A DNA stretch of 64,000 nucleotides from an uncultured Verrucomicrobiae bacterium (lineage in GTDB: Bacteria > Verrucomicrobiota > Verrucomicrobiia > Limisphaerales > UBA11358). Numbering within the stretch: the stretch's first letter is position 1; each line of letters opens with the position of its first letter. Of this stretch, positions 55,955 to 64,000 are shown in pieces. The translations under genes were made by a program, and so were the position numbers. The notes beneath the pieces are model-generated. The model made no database searches and was not told the DNA's origin. It saw only the letters and a list, made by a program, of their open reading frames with translations. The stretch lies in contig CAWHAH010000007.1 of assembly GCA_963827205.1 (NCBI GenBank), positions 66,979 to 130,978 on the forward strand, read 5' to 3'.

Positions 55955-56977
55955 TCACGCCACCGCCGGGTCGAGCCGTTTGTCCGGCAGGAGATAATTG
56001 CGGATGTAGTCGCTCACGGCATCTTCGAGCGGAGTGACGCGCGCGGTGTAACCGGTGGCGCGCAGCCGGGCCAGATTTGCCTGGGTGAAATACTGATATT
56101 TATCGCGAATCGCTTCCGGCATTTCAATGAACTGGATGTTTGGCTTCCGGTTCAGGGCGGCAAAAACCGCGTTTGCCAGATCATTCCATGTCCGCGTCTG
56201 GCCGCTGCCGATGTTGAACAGGCCGTTCGCCTTCGGCGTCGCCGCCAGATGCAACGTCATGGCCACGGCGTCCTTGACGTAAAGGAAGTCGCGCTTCTGT
56301 TCGCCGTCGCGATAGTCGGAGCGGTGACTCTTGAAAAGACGAATGGCGCCGGTCTCACGCACTTGCCCGAAACTTTTGTGGACGAGCGAACGCATATCGC
56401 CCTTGTGATCTTCGTTCGGGCCGAAGACGTTGAAATATTTCAATCCGACGATGCGGTCCAAAAATCCGGCGCGCCGGGCGTGCAAATCAAAAAGGTGCTT
56501 CGAGCAACCGTACATGTTCAGCGGGCGCAGCCGGTCGAGTTGCGAATCGTCGTCTTCCATGCCCGCCGAACCGTCGCCGTAAGTCGCGGCGGACGACGCA
56601 TAGACGAAGCGCGGTTTTTGGCGGTGGGCGGTCCGGGTGAGCGTCCACCCCGCGAGGGCCTTGGTGAATTCGTAATTGTTGCGGATGAGAAAACCCGCGT
56701 CGCGCTCAGTGGTGGACGAACAGGCGCCCAGGTGCAGCACCAAATCGAACTTTCCCAGCGCGCCGCTTTGCAGCCGTGGCAGCAGGTCGTCGGCCTCGAC
56801 GTAATCGGCGAATCGGAGCGGCGTGAGATTGCGCCATTTTTCGTCCGTGCCGAGCCGGTCGCAAACGACGATGCGTTCGCAGCCGCGCCGGTTCAGCGCC
56901 CAGACCAGCGCGCTGCCAATAAAGCCCGCGCCGCCGGTGACGAGCACCCGCGCATCGGAAAATTCATTCGGCTTCAT
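55955..56977 (-). CDS. hldD: ADP-L-glycero-D-manno-heptose 6-epimerase
   Basis: 340 aa with VLVTGGAGFIGS and a YxxxK site in MYGCSKHLFD. The overall layout is that of the extended SDR HldD/RfaD family. Confidence 0.85.
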   Translation of the reverse strand: MKPNEFSDARVLVTGGAGFIGSALVWALNRRGCERIVVCDRLGTDEKWRNLTPLRFADYVEADDLLPRLQSGALGKFDLVLHLGACSSTTERDAGFLIRNNYEFTKALAGWTLTRTAHRQKPRFVYASSAATYGDGSAGMEDDDSQLDRLRPLNMYGCSKHLFDLHARRAGFLDRIVGLKYFNVFGPNEDHKGDMRSLVHKSFGQVRETGAIRLFKSHRSDYRDGEQKRDFLYVKDAVAMTLHLAATPKANGLFNIGSGQTRTWNDLANAVFAALNRKPNIQFIEMPEAIRDKYQYFTQANLARLRATGYTARVTPLEDAVSDYIRNYLLPDKRLDPAVA

Positions 56978-57212
56978 ATTTCACCCACGGAGCGCGTCAA
57001 GCATGACGCGAACCAATCTGGAATTCAAGTTAATGCTGTGTCTGCCGGTGAGGTGGCGGGACTCCCGGCGTGCCGCGGCTTCGGCACTGCCGGGCCAATC
57101 TGTTTTTAACTTTCGAGCTTTGGGCGATATGATTAGCGAGCTACAGGGTCCGCTTCGCACAAGAAACAAACAGGTTGACGGCTTCCTCCCCTTTTGCGAA
57201 CACTTTCATTGC

Positions 57213-58211
57213 ATGGCATCAGATTTCCTCAAATTCTGGGCTGGGTGTTTTCTCGCCGGGTGGAAGTTTGCAGATGGTATTATCAATATCATTGGAACGC
57301 TTGCATTGCTGGCTTGCGGTTATTTGTTATGGAGAAAACGAAACGCGCTTCGCCACGCCCTGGAGGAATGGTCTGTGAGATGGGCGATCGGAATTTTCGC
57401 CGTGGCGTTTGCAATTTCTACAATCTGCATTGCCCCATTTCTAAAGTTCCAAGAAGCGGACAAGCGTAAAACGACACAGGAAAAATTCGATTTTATTAAC
57501 CAAAACCGGCCATATTTAGAAACAGAACTTGTTGTTGAAGGATTTGATTCCACCGCGATTCATTATCATTTTGATGTTCAGAACACTGGCAATCTTCCGG
57601 CTTATTTGAACACCCAAGAACAAAAATCAGAATACATAATATTTCCGGATTTTCAGGTTACAAATAGATTTTTAGCACCCCACGGACACATGCAGATTCC
57701 TTCTGTGCCGGCATTTATTACAAATGATACGCCGCTTGATTTGTACGTTTCCTATCAAGCGAATTACCAAGGAACGAATTTAACCTTCAATGATCTTTTT
57801 CATTTCCGACTCACGAGAAAGGTGGGCAACCAATATCCGCAAACGGACTTTCCTCAATTGGTTGGCGACCCGGTGCGCGGGACAAATACAGCAATAAGTT
57901 ATCTCAAAAGCATTTTGAACCTTCCATTTGCGGGGTTTCTATTACAGGTCAAAGATGGAAAAATCCTCATAGCATCAACCAATCGCTTGTTTTTATACAA
58001 TTCAGAGTCAAGAATCGTCATATTCAAATCCATATCAGCAAACGGAAGCGCAATTGTGCTTACCAGTGAAATTAATACGAATTCAGGCCAGCATGGTTGG
58101 CACTCGGTCACGGTTGATTGGGATACAAATGGAGCGGAGTTGTATGTTGATGCCAACCACGTTTCGGCCCCCGCCCATTGGCCAAAACCTACACCAGCAG
58201 GAAACGATTGA
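57213..58211 (+). CDS. Hypothetical membrane-anchored protein with a LamG/concanavalin-like C-terminal segment (AT-richer ORFan)
   Basis: The Met at 57213 is followed by two or three TM helices and then beta-rich sequence. The C-terminus GWHSVTVDWDTNGAELYVDANHV resembles LamG-type lectin folds. GC is visibly lower than the flanks. Confidence 0.55.
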   Translation: MASDFLKFWAGCFLAGWKFADGIINIIGTLALLACGYLLWRKRNALRHALEEWSVRWAIGIFAVAFAISTICIAPFLKFQEADKRKTTQEKFDFINQNRPYLETELVVEGFDSTAIHYHFDVQNTGNLPAYLNTQEQKSEYIIFPDFQVTNRFLAPHGHMQIPSVPAFITNDTPLDLYVSYQANYQGTNLTFNDLFHFRLTRKVGNQYPQTDFPQLVGDPVRGTNTAISYLKSILNLPFAGFLLQVKDGKILIASTNRLFLYNSESRIVIFKSISANGSAIVLTSEINTNSGQHGWHSVTVDWDTNGAELYVDANHVSAPAHWPKPTPAGND

Positions 58212-58333
58212 GATAATGAAACAAACACTGGCTCGTTTCGCAGCCCGCACGATCTGTGGCACCATCACCGAACTTTGGTATAAATTCTGCTAACCCTGTT
58301 AAATGTTTGCGTTCAGCACTGCGCCAAGTCCGA

Positions 58334-60425
58334 ATGAACTTTATGCCATCTGCAAAAATCTTTGGGCTTATCACGATCGTCAGTTCGGCGATCCTGATTG
58401 CACCGCCTGCTTTTTCTCAAACCGCACCGGCGACCAGTTCGGTGCCACCGCCGGATTTAGGCAAAGCGCCCGGGGCGCCGGTGGATGTTTCCGGTTTGCC
58501 GGGCGGCGGTCCACGCCCACTGGAGGTTACCGGCGGATTCAACGTCAATGCGGATTCGCGCGAGCAGGTGCGTGAATTTTATAACGCCGTTTACACCTCG
58601 TCGGAGGGCGTGGCCATCAATTCCACGGCAGTCACGACCAACTGTTTTCCGGGCACCAATGCCACTACGTTTCAAAACGCAACGTTGTGCCGCATCAACT
58701 GGCTCCGCGCCATGGGCGGCGTTCCGGCGGCCATAACCTTCAATTCGAACGAGTCCACGCAAGACCAGGCGGGCGCGCTCATGATGTCGGCCAACAATAC
58801 CCTCCAGCACGTTGGCATACCGCCCTCGTGGAGCTGTTTCACCATTGCCGGCACCAATGCCGCGGCCAACTCGAATCTCGCCCTCGGCTCCGATGGCGCG
58901 GACGCGATCACCGGCTACATCTGGGATTTTGGCGCGAACAATTACGAGGTCGGCCACCGGCGCTGGATTTTGTATCCGCAAACCCAAATAATGGCCGCGG
59001 GCGACGTTCCCGCGGAAAGCAGCTTTGAAGCGGCGAATGCAACCTGGGTTTTTGACGCCAACTTTGGTGGCCCGCGCCCGGCCACGACCAAACCGTACGT
59101 CGCCTGGCCGCCGGAAGGTTTTGTGCCGTACTCGCTCGCTTTTCCCCAATGGTCGTTCGCGCTGTCGAATGCGGATTTCAGTGCGGCAACCGTCAGCATG
59201 ACCAGCAACGGCGTGAGCGTGGTCGTGACCAATCAGCCGTATTTGACCGGTTATGGCGAAAACACCATCGTCTGGGTGCCGATGGGATTGGATCGCGACG
59301 AGCTCGTCCACGACCTTTCCGTTCAGCGGCACGGACACGGTCTATAGTGTCACCGTAACCAACATTACCGTGCCCGGTGGCAGCAACGTCGGCTTCACTT
59401 ACAACGTGACGTTGTTTGATCCTTCCGTGCCGGGGACGGATTATGTCGCCACCGTCGTCGTCGGCACGAACACGCCTTATCTCAACACCGGCAATCTTTA
59501 CGTCTGCGTGCCCAGTTCCAACCCCAACACCACCGGTTACCAGTGGCTCACGGCACAAACCACCAACGGAAATCTGACGGACAACGCCACCAACGGCTTG
59601 GCGAATTTTACGATTTCACCAACGCCGATTTATTCGGTCATTACCAATCCGCCGACCGGCTCCGGCAAATGTTTTCATCTGTGCCACACCAATCCCGTGT
59701 CCCAATATTTGCAGCTTAACGAAGTGCTCCTGCCGGCGACCAATACGACGTTTTCGTTCAAGAGTTACCTGGGTTATGCAACGACCGACGAATCCGCGCA
59801 CGTGCAGGCTTCCACGGACGGCGGAGCCAACTGGCAGGACCTTTTCGTCGAGGTCGGCAATAACGGGCAAACTGATACCGTGTTCACGAATCGCTCGCTG
59901 TCATTGTCTAATTTTGTCGGTCAATTGACGCTGCTGCGCTTTAACTATGCCTTTACCAGCGGCAGTTACTATACTGGAAACGATCCCTATATTGGCTGGT
60001 GCCTTGAAAACATCGTGGTGACAAACGTGCAGCAAATCGTCGGCATGGTCACCAATTCCACCGCCTCGACGAATTTCACCTTCACGCCCACGCAGGCCGG
60101 CAATTACGGCCTCGCCGCCGCGCCAGTGTTGTTCACGCAATTCCCAGTGGGTTGGGGACCGTTCAAACTGGTGACCGCCATTACCAATCCCACCCCGACC
60201 ATTGTTCTGGGCCAGCCGGTGTTGACCAACAACCAGGTGTTGCTCAACTTCACTGTCAATGGCGGTTCGGCCACCACCTTCCACCTGCTGCAAACGACGA
60301 ACTTGATGGTGCCGTGGATTACGAATTCGACGGCGACGTTCACGACAAACATCCCGGGCAGTTCATATCGCTTCACCGTGACCAATAACGCGCCCATCCG
60401 GTTCTACCTGATCCAGACGCCGTAA
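58334..60425 (+). pseudogene. Secreted CAP/SCP-domain protein with a large C-terminal beta-rich region, split by a 1-nt frameshift near 59291-59297
   Basis: ORF 1 (signal peptide, RINWLRAMGG, VGHRRWILYP) ends in junk after ...IVWVPMGLD. ORF 2 becomes sensible from ...ATSSSTTFPFSGTDTVYSVTVTNITV. The two overlap by 95 nt in different frames. Confidence 0.7.
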
Positions 60426-60443
60426 CGCGCCAGAGCGCGAAAT

Positions 60444-61607
60444 TTACTGGTTGACGTGCACCACGGTCGCGGGCGGGAAACCGTTGAACCAGGTCGAAGA
60501 CGCATGACTGTAGGCGCCGATTTGTTCGCTGTAAAGCAGGTCGCCCAATTGCAGGTCGTCCGGCAGGTTCTCCGCCATTGAAACCACGTCCAGCGCGTCA
60601 CAGGTCGGGCCGAACACCGAGCAAATCTGTGTCGGGCCGCGCTTGAACGATTTCAGATGGTACTGGCAATGGTCGAAGATGACGCCGGAGAAGGTGTGAT
60701 AGACACCGTCGTCAATGTAGTAGCAGAGTTTGCCGTCGCGCACGGCCTTGCCGATGATTTTGGAGACGGCGGTGCCGGCGGTGGCGCAAAGAAAACGGCC
60801 AGGCTCGGCCAGAATCTCGAATTTTTTCGGCAACGCCGGATCCTTTTTCGGGAACAGCCGGTCAAGCTCGCGGTTAATGACCTTGGCCAGTTCGCGGAAC
60901 GGCTTGACACTCGCGTCGTAAGGCGCCGGAAAACCGCCGCCGATATCGAGCAGGTTCATCTTGGTATAACCGCGGTCGCGCGCCTCCTTGAAAATGTTCG
61001 CAGCGAGGTTGATGGCGGCGACATAGTTCTTGAAGTTCGTCGTCTGGCTGCCGACGTGAAAGCTGATGCCCTCAACCGTCAATCCGACCTTGTCCGCCGC
61101 GAGGATCAAATCCACGGCTTCGCCGGGCGCGGCGCCGAACTTGGACGATAGCTCGACCATTGCGCCGGTGTTGGGCACTTTCAGCCGCAACGCGAGACCG
61201 GCTTGCGGCGCGTTCTTTTTGATTTTGCGGATTTCCTCGTAATTATCGTAAGTGACGAGCGGTTTGTATTGGTTCAACTCCTGCAACGTCTCGTTCGCCT
61301 TGGTGGGATTGGCGTAGATGATTTTATCCCAAATCCAAGCCTGCCGTTCCTTGTCGGGCATGTCCTTGATGTACTCATGGACGATGTGGAATTCCGGCAT
61401 CGAGGCCACGTCGAAACTCGCTCCGGCGTCGAACAGCGTCTTGACGATGGCCCTGTCGGGATTGGCCTTGACGGCGTAATAGGCCTGGATACGCGGCAGG
61501 TATTTTTTGAACATCGCGTAGTTGCGCCGCAACTCATCGTGGTCCACCACGAACAACGGCGTGCCGTTTTGCTCGGCCAGCTTTTTTAGCGTGGTGGGAG
61601 TAAGCAT
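60444..61607 (-). CDS. Type III PLP-dependent decarboxylase (ornithine/lysine decarboxylase-like)
   Basis: 387 aa. The PLP-Lys motif is AYYAVKAN and the Gly-rich loop is DIGGGFP. The fold is that of the alanine-racemase-type ODC family. Confidence 0.85.
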   Translation of the reverse strand: MLTPTTLKKLAEQNGTPLFVVDHDELRRNYAMFKKYLPRIQAYYAVKANPDRAIVKTLFDAGASFDVASMPEFHIVHEYIKDMPDKERQAWIWDKIIYANPTKANETLQELNQYKPLVTYDNYEEIRKIKKNAPQAGLALRLKVPNTGAMVELSSKFGAAPGEAVDLILAADKVGLTVEGISFHVGSQTTNFKNYVAAINLAANIFKEARDRGYTKMNLLDIGGGFPAPYDASVKPFRELAKVINRELDRLFPKKDPALPKKFEILAEPGRFLCATAGTAVSKIIGKAVRDGKLCYYIDDGVYHTFSGVIFDHCQYHLKSFKRGPTQICSVFGPTCDALDVVSMAENLPDDLQLGDLLYSEQIGAYSHASSTWFNGFPPATVVHVNQ

Positions 61608-61639
61608 TTTTTGAATTTGGCGATTAAAGCCATAAAATC

Positions 61640-61772
61640 AATGACTAATGACTAAATCCTGATGACTAAAGAATAACGAAGCTCAAATGACAAATCCAAT
61701 CTTGCGGCGTCCCCGGTTTTGGAATTCGCTATTGGGATTTCTTTCGTCATTCGGATTCAGGAATTAGTCATT
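61640..61772. repeat. Imperfect inverted repeat with ATGACTA-type tandem arms
   Basis: aatgactaatgactaaatcctgatgactaa ... ttcgtcattcggattcaggaattagtcatt. The terminal 9 bp, aatgactaa/ttagtcatt, pair perfectly. Confidence 0.6.
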
Positions 61773-61782
61773 TTCTCCGGGT

Positions 61783-63240
61783 TCAGTCTCCGTCGGTGAT
61801 CAGAAAATTTTTGAACTGCCAAGGGTCGTTCCGGTCAATCTGCGGCTGGTTGTGTCCGTTGAACGCGTTGGTGTAATGCTTCAACGGCGTCCAATCGGAC
61901 GGCTTGGAAATCCATTTGCCCAGATACGGCTTGGAAATCTTCAAGATGTAATCGTGCGGCAGGTCGTCAGGCACACAGACGCCCCTGGCCGGGTTCTCAA
62001 TCATCCACATGACCGCCGCGATGACCGAGATGGCGACCTGCATGGTGGTGGCGTTCTGGTGCGGCACCAGCCGGCGGGATTCCTCGATGCTGAGGTCGCT
62101 GCCGATCCACCACGAGTTGTAGGCGTGCCCCATCAACAGGGCGCCGAGGATGTCGGAGCCGCTGATGATTTCGTCGTTGAGGATGCGCTGGTTTTTCTGA
62201 AGCTGGTAGTTGTAACCGCGGAGTTCGTTCAACGACGCGATGGCCACGTCGGCTGGGCAGTAGGCGTAATGCACCGTGGGCCGGTAGAGGGCCTTGCCGT
62301 TTTCCCACACCGTCAGCCGGTCGGAAATGGTGAACGCCTCGCCGTGACGCACGACCATGCCGAGGATGCAATAATCAGGCACCCACGACGAAACCCAGGT
62401 GTTGATACCCATGCGGGCGAGGCAAATCTGGTTGCGCGGGCCATCGGTGTGCTCGTAGGCCAGCGGCGGCAATTCCTTCTCGTGCGTGCCCCAACCCATC
62501 TCAGCGGTGGTCGTGCCTTCCTCGCGGAAACCTTCGACGCTCCAGGTGTTGACAAATTCGTCCACCTGTTTGGGTTGGTTGGTGATTTGCGTGTCGCGTT
62601 CGCTGCAATGAATCACTTTCACGCCGAGTTTCATCGCCAGGTGATTGAACTTTTGTTCCGCGATGAGCTGGCGGATTTCGTCGGCGGCCGGGCCGGTGAC
62701 CTTTTTGTTCTTGATGGCACGGTGGCCAATGTCAATCAGGCCCTGTTTGGTGAAATGCGAGATGAGCCCCGGATTCGCGCCGTGTTCGAGCACCGCCGAT
62801 GGGCCGGGTTTGCTCCATTTAGAAATCATGCGGCGGATGTTCATGTGCCGCCAGTACAGCGTCATTTTCTGCGGCGTGGCGGCCCAGGCATTCTCGTAAG
62901 GGTCCCACAACTCAACCGACGTGTTGACGTAGAGCACACCGCGGTCGTGGCACCACTGGAGGATTTCGCAACAATCAATGTTCCACGCCAGGTCAATCAG
63001 GACGTCGCCCGCCTCCAGATATTTGCCCAGCAACGCACCCAGGTTCTCGCGCGTAACGCGTTTGTGGACGAATTTCACGCCGCGCTTCAACCACGGCGCC
63101 AGCACGTCGCGCCGGTCCTCGAAGTCCATGACGGAGATGCGGTGGAGTGGCAGTTTGAGGTGCTTGACGAGGATGGGCAGGGCGCATTGCGCGACGGCCC
63201 CGTAACCGACGAATAAAATTTTGTTCCTGAATTCCAGCAT
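61783..63240 (-). CDS. hss: Homospermidine synthase
   Basis: The Met at 63240 gives MLEFRNKILFVGYGAVAQCALPIL (Rossmann). The length of about 485 aa and segments such as VLYVNTSVELWDPY and LEHGANPGLISHF fit bacterial homospermidine synthase. It is adjacent to an ODC-like gene. Confidence 0.8.
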   Translation of the reverse strand: MLEFRNKILFVGYGAVAQCALPILVKHLKLPLHRISVMDFEDRRDVLAPWLKRGVKFVHKRVTRENLGALLGKYLEAGDVLIDLAWNIDCCEILQWCHDRGVLYVNTSVELWDPYENAWAATPQKMTLYWRHMNIRRMISKWSKPGPSAVLEHGANPGLISHFTKQGLIDIGHRAIKNKKVTGPAADEIRQLIAEQKFNHLAMKLGVKVIHCSERDTQITNQPKQVDEFVNTWSVEGFREEGTTTAEMGWGTHEKELPPLAYEHTDGPRNQICLARMGINTWVSSWVPDYCILGMVVRHGEAFTISDRLTVWENGKALYRPTVHYAYCPADVAIASLNELRGYNYQLQKNQRILNDEIISGSDILGALLMGHAYNSWWIGSDLSIEESRRLVPHQNATTMQVAISVIAAVMWMIENPARGVCVPDDLPHDYILKISKPYLGKWISKPSDWTPLKHYTNAFNGHNQPQIDRNDPWQFKNFLITDGD

Positions 63241-63417
63241 GGCAAAATTGTTTTGGCGCGGCACTTTGTCCGAAAATTTTTCGCGATACAAGAGTTTATT
63301 GAAGAAAGGCGGTTTGCAATTTCCGCTCTCATTTTCGTATCTGTCCGCGTCCTCGAAATTCCCCCGGCCAAAAGCGGGACCAGGAGCAGAACAAAGCGAT
63401 GGAGAAAAAAGATTGAT

Positions 63418-64000
63418 TCAGCGGACCGTTACCAAATCCGGCTTCGCCAGTGAAAGATCGCCCCGGGCATCGCCGTCGAACCTGGCGCGGACGATGACAT
63501 TGTTGGTGCAGGTGGTGTTGTTGACCCGGAAGGCCGCGCCGCCGCAGTTGCTGGCAATCAGGTTGGTGAACGAATTATCCACACACGCGGTCCGGGGGGC
63601 GGGTTGCCAGCCGCGTGAAGTCAGTTTCCCGTCGTCTGCCATGTACACGCCGTAATGGCGGCTGTTAAAAATGGCAATGTCGTGAAATTGATTGTCGCGA
63701 CTCGCACGCATGAAAATGCCCAGGCCGTTCGCGGTCAAAACGGCGTTGCTGATGACGTTGTGATTGAAAGCGAGGTCAAGCGAGATGCCGGCCCCGGGAT
63801 TGTCGTGGAGGCAAAGCTTCGCGAACAGGCAATCCACCGTCTGGTAACAGGCCAGACCGTCGAACTCGTTGTCGTACGCGGTCAAATCCCGCACCGTCAG
63901 CCCCCGCACGCCCCGCGTGGTGACGAGACCACCGGAACGGCAGCGGACGCAAGTCACATGCTCCACGACTGAGTTGCTCACGCTCTGCACCGTGATTCCG
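63418..64000 (-). CDS. Right-handed parallel beta-helix repeat protein (partial; N-terminus beyond the window end)
   Basis: It has repeating ~22-aa beta-helix turns (..NVISNAVL.., ..HDIAIFNS.., ..NSFTNLIAS.., ..CTNNVIV..). The frame stays open to position 64000, and the table start is an internal GTG. Confidence 0.7.
   Translation of the reverse strand, partial: GITVQSVSNSVVEHVTCVRCRSGGLVTTRGVRGLTVRDLTAYDNEFDGLACYQTVDCLFAKLCLHDNPGAGISLDLAFNHNVISNAVLTANGLGIFMRASRDNQFHDIAIFNSRHYGVYMADDGKLTSRGWQPAPRTACVDNSFTNLIASNCGGAAFRVNNTTCTNNVIVRARFDGDARGDLSLAKPDLVTVR

Overview
This looks like a GC-rich bacterial chromosomal segment, roughly 58-62% GC by eye; I could not compute it. The gene content points to a PVC-superphylum, Verrucomicrobiota-like genome: a PEP-CTERM protein, a planctomycete-type cytochrome c domain, DUF1566, a four-helix-bundle 'IVS' protein, and dense intergenic palindromic repeats. 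That taxonomic call is inference only. I support about 55 protein-coding genes.

Housekeeping and metabolic genes:
- mdh, asd and hldD
- a UbiD-family decarboxylase
- a GH27 alpha-galactosidase
- an ornithine-decarboxylase-like gene next to homospermidine synthase

Envelope and transport genes:
- an ABC ATPase with an exporter membrane protein
- a TonB-like/ExbB/ExbD set
- a MacAB-like adaptor-ATPase-two-permease operon
- a cytochrome c - porin - cytochrome c cluster

Accessory content:
- a lower-GC type II restriction-modification pair
- an IS5-family element inserted into a small gene, whose pre-insertion ORF can be rebuilt
- a DUF6883-like/DUF4926 two-gene module bracketed by mosaic direct repeats
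- an AraC 3-prime relic and an aldo/keto-reductase 5-prime relic
- two AT-richer ORFan islands

Three otherwise well-conserved genes carry single-base frameshifts: UbiD, a two-domain cytochrome c, and a CAP-domain protein.

The two most interesting observations:
1. 43188-46267 holds a translationally coupled pair. One protein has a MotA/ExbB-like C-terminal channel module. The other has an ExbD-like Asp-containing transmembrane helix, a coiled coil of about 170 aa, and a trypsin-fold domain.
2. A four-helix-bundle (23S rRNA IVS protein family) gene sits inside the MacAB-like operon. It lies in the loop of a roughly 40-bp long-range stem built from GTGAAAC heptamer repeats. A second copy of the same 32-nt arm forms a gene-less hairpin two genes upstream.

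At least four repeat families occupy most intergenic spacers. I saw no rRNA, tRNA or CRISPR array. All family assignments come from motif recognition by eye, not from database searches.
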